Origin: Eledone cirrhosa
Lineage: Eukaryota
Assembly (NCBI GenBank): GCA_964016885.1
Contig: OZ024742.1
Location: 164,052,001-164,116,000 of the forward strand
Reading direction: 5' to 3'
DNA length: 64,000 bases
The translations under genes were made by a program, and so were the position numbers. The notes beneath the pieces are model-generated. The model did no database searches. It was not told the origin of the DNA and saw nothing but the letters and a program-made list of their open reading frames with translations. Of this stretch, positions 54,401 to 64,000 are shown piece after piece (positions within the stretch are counted from its first letter, which is position 1; every line of letters begins with the position of its first letter).

Positions 54401-57400
54401 CCCCTTGGCTGGCTGGAAATTATCTCCCCTTGGAGGCTGGAATTTATCTCCCCTTGGACGGCTAGAAATTACCTCTCCTTGGACGGCTGGAAAATATGTC
54501 TCCTTGGACGGCTGGATATTATCTACCCTTGGACGGCTGGAAATTATCTCCCCTTGGACGGCTGGAAATTATCTCCCCTTGGACGGCTAGATATTACCTC
54601 CCCTTGGACGGCTGGAAATTATCTCCCCTTGATTTTTTTACAAATTATCTCCCCCTGATTTTTTTACAAATTATCTCCCCCTGATTTTTTTTACAAATTA
54701 TCTCCGCCTAATTTTTTTAAATATTATCTTCCCTTGGCTGGCGGGAAATTATCTCCCCTTGGACGGCTGAAAATTATCTCCCCTTGGACGGCTGGAAATT
54801 ATCTCCCCTTGATTTTTTTTACAAATTATCTCCCCCTGATTTTTTTTTACAAATTATCTCCCCCTGATTTTTTTTACAAATTATCTCCCCCTGATTTTTT
54901 TACAAATTATCTCCCCTTGGCTGGCTGGAAATTATCTCCCCTTGGAGGCTGGAATTTATCTCCCCTTGGACGGCTAGAAATTACCTCTCCTTGGACGGCT
55001 GGAAAATATGTCCTTGGACGGCTGGATATTATCTACCCTTGGACGGCTGGAAATTATCTCCCCTTGGACGGCTGGAAATTATCTCCCCTTGGACGGCTAG
55101 ATATTACCTCCCCTTGGACGGCTGGAAATTATCTCCCCTTGATTTTTTTTACAAATTATCTCCCCCTGATTTTTTTTTACAAATTATCTCCCCCTGATTT
55201 TTTTTTACAAATTATCTACCCCTGATTTTTTTTTACAAATTATCTCCCCCTGATTTTTTTTACAAATTATCTCCCCCTGATTTTTTTTTACAAATTATCT
55301 CCCCCTGATTTTTTTTTACAAATTATCTACCCCTGATTTTTTTTACAAATTATCTCCCCCTGATTTTTTTTACAAATTATCTCCCCCTGATTTTGTTTAC
55401 AAATTATCTCCCCCTGATTTTTTTACAAATTATCTCCCCCTGATTTTTTTTACAAATTATCTCCGCCTAATTTTTTTAAATATTATCTTCCCTTGGCTGG
55501 CGGGAAATTATCTCCCCTTGGACGGCTGAAAATTATCTCTCCTTGGACGGCTGGAAATTATCTCCCCTTGATTTTTTTTACAAATTATCTCCCCCTTATT
55601 ATTTTTTACAAATTATCTCCCCCTGATTTTTTTTTACAAATTATCTCCCCCTGATTTTTTTTACAAATTATCTCCCCCTGATTTTTTTACAAATTATCTC
55701 CCCTTGGCTGGCTGGAAATTATCTCCCCTTGGAGGCTGGAATTTATCTCCCCTTGGACGGTTAGAAATTACCTCTCCTTGGACGGCTGGAAAATATGTCT
55801 CCTTGGACGGCTGGAAATTATCGCCCCTTGGACGGCTGGAAATTATCTCCCCTTGGACGGCTGGAAATTATCTCTCCTCGGACGGCTAGAAATTACCTCT
55901 CCTTGGACAGCTGAAAATTATCTCCCCTTGGACGGCTGGAAATTATCTCCCCTTGATTTTTTTTACAAATTATCTCCCCCTGATTTTTTTTTACAAATTA
56001 TCTCCCCCTGATTTTTTTTTACAAATTATCTCCCCCTGATTTTTTTTTACAAATTATCTCCCCCTGATATTTTTTACAAATTATCTCCCCCTGATTTTTT
56101 TACAAATTATCTCCCCTTGGCTGGCTGGAAATTATCTCCCCTTGGAGGCTGGAATTTATCTCCCCTTAGACGGCTAGAAATTACCTCGCCTTGGACGGCT
56201 GGAAAATATGTCTCCTTGGACGGCTGGAAATTATCTCCCCTTGGACGGCTGGAAATTATCTCCCCTTGGACGGCTGGAAATTATCTCCCCTTGGACGGCT
56301 AGATATTACCTCCCCTTGGACGGCTGGAAATTATCTCCCCTTGATTTTTTTTACAAATTATCTCCCCCTGATTTTTTTTTACAAATTATCTCCCCCTGAT
56401 TTTTTTTTACGAATTATCTCCCCCCGATTTTTTTTTACAAATTATCTCCGCCTGATTTTTTTAAAAAAATTATCTCCCCTTGAACGGCTGGAAATTATCT
56501 CCCCTTGGACGGCTGGAAATTATCTCCCCTTGGACGGCTAGAAATTACCTCTCCTTGGACGGCTGAAAATTATCTCCCCTTGGACGGCTGCAAATTATCT
56601 CCCCTTGATTTTTTAACAAATTATCTCCCCCTGATTTTTTTTTACAAATTATCTCCCCCTGATTTTTTTTTACAAATTATCTCCCCCTGATTTTTTTACA
56701 AATTATCTCCCCCTGATTTTTTTTACAATCTCCGCCTGATTTTTTTAAAAATTATCTTCCCTTGGCTGGCGGGAAATTATCTCCCCTTGGACGGCTGGAA
56801 ATTATATCCCCTTGGAAGGATGGAAATTATCTCCCCTTGGACGGCTGGAAATTATCTCCCCTTGGACGGCTGGAAATTATCTCCCCTTGGACAGCTGGAA
56901 ATTATCTGCCCTTGATTTTGTTTTTACAAATTATCTCCCCCTGATTTTTTTTACAAATTATCTCCACCTGATTTTTTAAAAAATTATCTCCCCTTGGACG
57001 GCTGGAAATTATCTCCCCTTGATTTTTTTACAAATTATCTCCCCCTGATTTTTTTTACAAATTATCTCCCCCTGATTTTTTGTTACAAATTATCTCCCCC
57101 TGATTTTTTTAAAAATTATCTCCCCCTGATTTTTTTTACAAATTATCTCCGCCTGATTTTTTTAAATATTATCTTCCCTTGGCTGGCGGGAAATTATCTC
57201 CCCTTGGACGGCTGAAAATTATCTCCCCTTGGACGGCTGGAAATTATCTCCCCTTGATTTTTTTACAAATTATCTCCCCCTGATTTTTTTTTACAAATTA
57301 TCTCCCCCTGATTTTTTTTACAAATTATCTCCCCCTGATTTTTTTTTACAAATTATCTCCCCCTGATTTTTTTTTACAAATTATCTCCCCCTGATTTTTT

Positions 57401-58434
57401 TACAAATTATCTCCCCTTGGCTAGCTGGAAATTATCTCCCCTTGGAGGCTGGAATTTATCTCCCCTTGGACGGCTAGAAATTACCTCTCCTTGGACGGCT
57501 GGAAAATATGTCTCCTTGGACGGCTGGATATTATCTACCCTTGGACGGCTGGAAATTATCTCCCCTTGGACGGCTGGAAATTATCTCCCCTTGGACGGCT
57601 AGATATTACCTCCCCTTGGACGGCTGGAAATTATCTCCCCTTGATTTTTTTTACAAATTATCTCCCCCTGATTTTTTTTTACGAATTATCTCCCCCTGAT
57701 TTTTTTTTACAAATTATCTCCGCCTGATTTTTTTTTTAAATTATCTCCCCTTGAACGGCTGGAAATTATCTCCCCTTGGACGGCTGGAAATTATCTCCCC
57801 TTGGACGGCTAGAAATTACCTCTCCTTGGACGGCTGAAAATTATCTCCCCTTGGACGGCTGCAAATTATCTCCCCTTGATTTTTTTAACAAATTATCTCC
57901 CCCTGATTTTTTTTTACAAATTATCTCCCCCTGATTTTTTTTTACAAATTATCTCCCCCTGATTTTTTTTACAAATTATCTCCCCCTGATTTTTTTACAA
58001 ATTATCTCCCCCCTGAATTTTTTTACAATCTCCGCCTGATTTTTTTAAAAATTATCTTCCCTTGGCTGGCAGGAAATTATCTCCCCTTGGTCGGCTGGAA
58101 ATTATATCCCCTTGGAAGGATGGAAATTATCTCCCCTTGGACGGCTGGAAATTATCTCCCCTTGGACGGCTGGAAATTACCTCCCCTTGGACAGCTGGAA
58201 ATTATCTGCCCTTGATTTTGTTTTTACAAATTATCTCCCCCTGATTTTTTTTACAAATTATCTCCACCTGATTTTTTAAAAAATTATCTCCCCTTGATTT
58301 TTTTACAAATTATCTCCCCCTGATTTTTTTTACAAATTATCTCCCCCTGATTTTTTTTTTACAAATTATCTCCCCCTGATTTTTTTACAAATTATCTCCC
58401 CCTGATTTTTTTTACAAATTATCTCCGCCTGATT

Positions 58435-61400
58435 TTTTTTACAAATTATCTCCCCTTGGCTGGCTGGAAATTATCTCCCCTTGGAGGCTGGAATTTATCT
58501 CCCCTTGGACGGCTAGAAATTACCTCTCCTTGGACGGCTGGAAAATATGTCCTTGGACGGCTGGATATTATCTACCCTTGGACGGCTGGAAATTATCTCC
58601 CCTTGGACGGCTGGAAATTATCTCCCCTTGGAGGCTGGAATTTATCTCCCCTTGGACGGCTAGAAATTACCTCTCCTTGGACGGCTGGAAAATATGTCCT
58701 TGGACGGCTGGATATTACCTCCCCTTGGACGGCTGGAAATTATCTCCCCTTGATTTTTTTTACAAATTATCTCCCCCTGATTTTTTTTACAAATCTAATG
58801 ATTTTAAAAAAAAAATTATCTCCCCTTCGCTGGCTGGAAATTATCTCCCCTTCGCTGGCTGGAAATTATCTCCCCTTGGACGCTGGAAATTATAGCCCCT
58901 TGGAGGGCTGGAAATTATCTTCCCTTGGACGGCTGGAAATTATCTCCCCTTGGCTCGAAATTATCTCCCCTTGGACGGCTAGAAATTATCTCTCTTTGGA
59001 CGGCTGGAAATTATCTCCCTTTGATTTTTTTTACAAATTATCTCCCCCTGATTTTTTTTACAAATCTCCCCCTGATTTTTTAAAAAAAATTATCTCCCCT
59101 TCGCTGGCTGGAAATTATCTCCCCTTGGACACTGGAAATTATAGCCCCTTGGAGGGCTGGAAATTATCTTCCCTTGGACGGCTGGAAATTATCTCTGCTT
59201 GATTTTTTTTACAAATTATCTCCCCCTGATTTTTTTTTACAAATTATCCCCCCCGATTTTTTTTACAAATTATCTCCCCCTGATTTTTTTTACAAATTAT
59301 CTCCCCTTGGACGGCTGGAAATTATCTCCCCTTGGACGGCTGGAAATTATCTCCCCTTGGACGGCTAGAAATTACCTCTCCTTGGACGACTGAAAATTAT
59401 CTCCCCTTGGACGGCTGCAAATTATCTCCCCTTGATTTTTTTTACAAATTATCTCCGCCTGATTTTTTTTTTAAAATTATCTCCCCTTGGACGGCTGGAA
59501 ATTACCTCCCCTTGGACGGCTGGAAATTATCTCCCCTTGGACGGCTAGAAATTACCTCTCATTGGACGGCTGAAAATTATCTCCCCTTGGACGGCTGGAA
59601 ATTATCTCCCCTTGATTTTTTTTACAAATTATCTCCCCCTGATTTTTTTTTACAAATTATCTCCCCCTGATTTTTTTTTTACAAATTATCTCCGCCTGAT
59701 TTTTTTTTAAAATTATCTCTCCTTGGACGGCTGGATATTATCTCCCCTTTCATTTTTTTTACAAATTATCTCCCCCTGATTTTTTTTTACAAATTATCTC
59801 CCCCTGATTTTTTTTTACAAATTATCTACCCCTAATTTTTTTTTACAAATTATCTCCCCCTGATTTTTTTTACAAATTATCTCCCCCTGATTTTTTTTTT
59901 ACAAATTATCTCCCCCTGATTTTTTTACAAATTATCTCCCCCTGATTTTTTTTACAAATTATCTCCGCCTGATTTTTTTAAATATTATCTTCTCTTGGCT
60001 GGCGGGAAATTATCTCCCCTTGGACGGCTGAAAATTATCTCCCCTTGGACGGCTGGAAATTATCTCCCCTTGATTTTTTTTACAAATTATCTCCCCCTGA
60101 TTTTTTTTTACAAATTATCTCCCCCTGATTTTTTTTACAAATTATCTCCCCCTGATTTTTTTTTACAAATTATCTCCCCCTGATTTTTTTTACAAATTAT
60201 CTCCCCCTGATTTTTTTACAAATTATCTCCCCTTGGCTGGCTGGAAATTATCTCCCCTTGGAGGCTGGAATTTATCTCCCCTTGGACGGCTAGAAATTAC
60301 CTCTCCTTGGACGGCTGGAAAATATGTCCTTGGACGGCTGGATATTATCTACCCTTGGACGGCTGGAAATTATCTCCCCTTGGACGGCTGGAAATTATCT
60401 CCCCTTGGACGGCTAGATATTACCTCCCCTTGGATGGCTGGAAATTATCTCCCCTTGATTTTTTTTACAAATTATCCCCCCCTGATTTTTTTTTACAAAT
60501 TATCTCCCCCTGATTTTTTTTTACAAATTATCTACCCCTGATTTTTTTTTACAAATTATCTCCCCCTAATTTTTTTTACAAATTATCTCTCCCTGATTTT
60601 TTTTTACAAATTATCTCCCCCTGATTTTTTTTTACAAATTATCTACCCCTGATTTTTTTTTACAAATTATCTCCCCCTGATTTTTTTTACAAATTATCTC
60701 CCCCTGATTTTTTTTACAAATTATCTCCCCCTGATTTTTTTACAAATTATCTCCCCCCGATTTTTTTTACAAATTATCTCCGCCTAATTTTTTTAAATAT
60801 TATCTTCCCTTGGCTGGCGGGAAATTATCTCCCCTTGGACGGCTGAAAATTATCTCCCCTTGGACGGCTGGAAATTATCTCCCCTTGATTTTTTTACAAA
60901 TTATCTCCCCCTGATTATTTTTTACAAATTATCTCCCCCTGATTTTTTTTTACAAATTATCTCCCTCTGATTTTTTTTACAAATTATCTCCCCTTGGCTG
61001 GCTGGAAATTATCTCCCCTTGGAGGCTGGAATTTATCTCCACTTGGACGGTTAGAAATTACCTCTCCTTGGACTGCTGGAAAATATGTCTCCTTGGACGG
61101 CTGGAAATTATCTCCCCTTGGACGGCTGGAAATTATCTCCCCTTGGACGGCTGGAAATTATCTCTCCTCGGACGACTAGAAATTACCTCTCCTTGGACAG
61201 CTGAAAATTATCTCCCCTTGGACGGCTGGAAATTATCTCCCCTTGATTTTTTTTACAAATTATCTCCCCCCGATTTTTTTTTACAAATTATCTCCCCCTG
61301 ATTTTTTTTTACAAATTATCTCCCCCTGATTTTTTTTACAAATTATCTCCCCCTGATATTTTTTACAAATTATCTCCCCCTGATTTTTTTACAAATTATC

Positions 61401-61660
61401 TCCCCTTGGCTGGCTGGAAATTATCTCCCCTTGGAGGCTGGAATTTATCTCCCCTTGGACGGCTAGAAATTACCTCGCCTTGGACGGCTGGAAAATATGT
61501 CTCCTTGGACGGCTGGAAATTATCTCCCCTTGGACGGCTGGAAATTATCTCCCCTTGGACGGCTGGAAATTATCTCCCCTTGGACGGCTAGATATTACCT
61601 CCCCTTGGACGGCTGGAAATTATCTCCCCTTGATTTTTTTTACAAATTATCTCCCCCTGA
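58435..61660 (+). repeat. Dispersed ~3.2-kb copy of ~20310-23540 (offset ~38,124 bp)
   Basis: Anchors 20333/58456, 21051/59174, 21871/59995, 22109/60233, 22870/60994 and 23282/61406 all give 38,123-38,124. Confidence 0.85.
58791..59201 (+). repeat. Divergent-monomer cassette, subtype 1
   Basis: Doubled CCTTCGCTGGCTGG, GGACACTGGAAA and TCTTCCC, as in the 20666 copy. Confidence 0.85.
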
Positions 61661-63035
61661 TTATTTTTTAAAATTATCTCCCCTTGAACGGCTGGAAATT
61701 ATCTCCCCTTGGACGGCTGGAAATTATCTCCCCTTGGACGGCTAGAAATTACCTCTCCTTGGACGGCTGAAAATTATCTCCCCTTGGACGGCTGCAAATT
61801 ATCTCCCCTTGATTTTTTAACAAATTATCTCCCCCTGATTTTTTTTTACAAATTATCTCCCCCTGATTTTTTTTTACAAATTATCTACGCCTAATTTTTT
61901 TTACAAATTATCTCCCCCTGATTTTTTTTTACAAATTATCTCCCCCTGATTTTTTTTTACAAATTATTTCCCCCTGATTTTTTTACAAATTATCTCCCCC
62001 CTGATTTTTTTACAATCTCCGCCTGATTTTTTTAAAAATTATCTTGCCTTGGCTGGCGGGAAATTATCTCCCCTTGGACGGCTGGAAATTATATCCCCTT
62101 GGACGGCTGGAAATTACCTCCCCTTGGACAGCTGGAAATTATCTGCCCTTGATTTTGTTTTTACAAATTATCTCCCCCTGATTTTTTTTACAAATTATCT
62201 CCACCTGATTTTTTAAAAAATTATCTCCCCTTGGACGGCTGGAAATTATCTCCCCTTGGACGGCTGATAATTATCTCCCCTTGGACGGCTGGAAATTATC
62301 TCCCCTTGATTTTTTTTACAAATTATCTCCCCCTGATTTTTTTTTACAAATTATCTCCCCCTGATTTTTTTTACAAATTATCTCCGCATGATTTTTTTAA
62401 ATATTATCTTCCCTTGGCTGGCTGGAAATTATCTCCCCTTGGAGGCTGGAATTTATCTCCCCTTGGACGGCTAGAAATTACCTCTCCTTGGACGGCTGGA
62501 AAATATTTCTCCTTGGACGGCTGGATATTATCTACCCTTGGACGGGTGGAAATTATCTCCCCTTGGACGGCTGGAAATTATCTCCCCTTGGACGGCTAGA
62601 TATTACCTCCCCTTGGACGACTGGAAATTATCTCCCCTTGATTTTTTTTACAAATTATCTCCCCCTGATTTTTTTTTTACAAATTATCTCCCCCTGATTT
62701 TTTTACAAATTATCTCCCCCTGATTTTTTTTACAAATTATCTCCGCCTGATTTTTTTAAATATTATCTTCTCTTGGCTGGCGGGAAATTATCTCCCCTTG
62801 GACGGCTGAAAATTATCTCCCCTTGGACGGCTGGAAATTATCTCCCCTTGATTTTTTTTACAAATTATCTCCACCTGATTTTTTTTAAAAAATTATCTCC
62901 CCCTAATTTTTTTTTACAAATTATCTCCCCCTGATTTTTTTTTACAAATTATCTCCCCCTGATTTTTTTTACAAATTATCTCCCCCTGATTTTTTTACAA
63001 ATTATCTCCCCTTGGCTGGCTGGAAATTATCTCCC

Positions 63036-63113
63036 CTTGGACACTGTAAATTATAGCCCCTTGGAGGGCTGGAAATTATCTTACCTTGGACGGCTGGAAA
63101 TTATCTTTGCTTG
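63036..63113 (+). repeat. Partial (3' part) divergent cassette, subtype 2
   Basis: GGACACTGTAAATTATAGCCCC...TCTTACC...CTTTGCTTGA is present without the upstream half of the cassette. Confidence 0.75.
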
Positions 63114-64000
63114 ATTTTTTTTACAAATTATCTCCCCCTGATTTTTTTTTACAAATTATCCCCCCCGATTTTTTTTACAAATTATCTCCCCCTGATTTTT
63201 TTTACAAATTATCTCCCCTTGGACGGCTGGAAATTATCTCCCCTTGGACGGCTGGAAATTATCTCTCCTTGGACGGCTAGAAATTACCTCTCCTTGGACG
63301 ACTGAAAATTATCTCCCCTTGGACGGCTGCAAATTATCTCCCCTTGATTTCTTTTACAAATTATCTCCGCCTGATTTTTTTTTTTAAATTATCTCCCCTT
63401 GGACGGCTGGAAATTACCTCCCCTTGGACGGCTGGAAATTATCTCCCCTTGGACGGCTAGAAATTACCTCTCATTGGACGGCTGAAAATTATCTCCCCTT
63501 GGACGGCTGGAAATTATCTCCCCTTGATTTTTTTTACAAATTATCTCCCCCTGATTTTTTTTTTACAAATTATCTCCGCCTGATTTTTTTTTAAAATTAT
63601 CTCTCCTTGGACGGCTGGATATTATCTCCCCTTTCATTTTTTTTACAAATTATCTCCCCCTGATTTTTTTTTACAAATTATCTCCCCCTGATTTTTTTTT
63701 ACAAATTATCTACCCCTAATTTTTTTTACAAATTATCTCCCCCTGATTTTTTTTACAAATTATCTCCGCCTGATTTTTTTAAATATTATCTTCCCTTGGC
63801 TGGCGGGAAATTATCTCCCCTTGGACGGCTGGAAATTATCTCCCCTTGATTTTTTTTACAAATTATCTCCCCCTGATTTTTTTTTACAAATTATCTCCCC
63901 CTGATTTTTTTTTACAAATTATCTCCCCCTGATTTTTTTTTACAAATTATCTCCCCCTGATTTTTTTTTACAAATCTCCCCCTGATTTTTTTATAAATTA

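Larger units (their letters stand above)
36100..55200 (+). repeat. ~9.2-9.9-kb imperfect tandem duplication (junction near 45,990)
   Basis: Collinear anchors with shrinking offsets: 36591/46335 (9,744), 37429/47146 (9,717), 39658/48961 (9,303), 42855/52111 (9,256), 45533/54734 (9,201). Rare variants TACCAATT, TATATCCG and GAAGTATC are shared. Boundaries are approximate. Confidence 0.8.
1..64000 (+). repeat. Composite two-monomer satellite array (25-bp A monomer + 26-29-bp B monomer sharing core AAATTATCTCCCCYTG), extending past both window ends
   Basis: The core recurs every about 23-29 bp from the first base to the last, always in the same orientation, followed by either GACGGCTGG or A-T(7-10)-AC. 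No non-repeat sequence seen. Confidence 0.99.

Noticed and set aside
58456-59202. Longest ORF (248 aa), and the 191-aa ORFs at 29262, 33657 and 41598
   Set aside because: These are chance read-through across the divergent cassette. The paralogous region at 20333 is split into different frames, so the frame is not conserved.
163-63305. Several hundred short plus-strand ORFs (LPLDGWKLSPLGRLEIISPWTAGNY-type repeats)
   Set aside because: The 25-bp A monomer has no stop codon in any frame, so A-runs read through in all three overlapping frames. Most starts are TTG within the core, frames depend on poly-T length, and no known domain is recognisable.
1-64000. CRISPR-like repeat-spacer array (constant core plus variable insert)
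   Set aside because: The inserts are only 9-13 bp and of two recurring types rather than unique spacers. The core is 16 bp, and there is no leader or cas gene.
1-64000. Minus-strand GGGGAG / AAGGGGAG as Shine-Dalgarno sites, or GGAAATTATCTCCCC as an NF-kB/Rel site
   Set aside because: No minus-strand ORFs follow these motifs, and the spacing does not fit the 10-bp GGGRNNYYCC kB consensus.
1-64000. Canonical G-quadruplex array on the minus strand
   Set aside because: Runs of three or more G are separated by about 21-24 nt, far above the usual 1-7-nt loops. Only weak two-tier or long-loop structures are conceivable.
1-64000. Pure sequencing or assembly artefact, or synthetic concatemer
   Set aside because: Hierarchical shared variants, subtype structure and private SNVs look like evolved satellite DNA. 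Individual near-identical duplications still need read-level confirmation.
1-64000. Assignment to a named satellite or telomere repeat, or to an organism
   Set aside because: I do not recognise either monomer as a known repeat (not alpha satellite, HSat, TTAGGG-type or K. lactis telomere). A database search is required.

Overview
The whole 64 kb window is one uninterrupted, head-to-tail tandem-repeat (satellite) array. I see no unique sequence, inversion, transposon or recognisable gene. It is built from two monomers that share a 16-bp core, AAATTATCTCCCCYTG. Monomer A is 25 bp (AAATTATCTCCCCTTG-GACGGCTGG, 13/25 GC, one CpG). Monomer B is 26-29 bp (AAATTATCTCCCCCTG-A-T(7-10)-AC, about 30% GC). 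There are roughly 2,400 monomers (64,000 divided by about 26.5; an estimate), alternating in runs of about 1-13. A-runs follow a stereotyped order of position-specific variants. The runs are nested into higher-order repeats: an about 3.5-kb HOR in the first 18 kb, tandem duplications of 1,127, 4,395 and about 9.2-9.9 kb, and longer recurrences at 6.66, 12.18, 15.2 and 38.1 kb. All listed ORFs are translations of the repeat and are not called as genes. A eukaryotic heterochromatic, centromeric or subtelomeric origin is plausible, but the organism, satellite family and function cannot be determined from the sequence alone.
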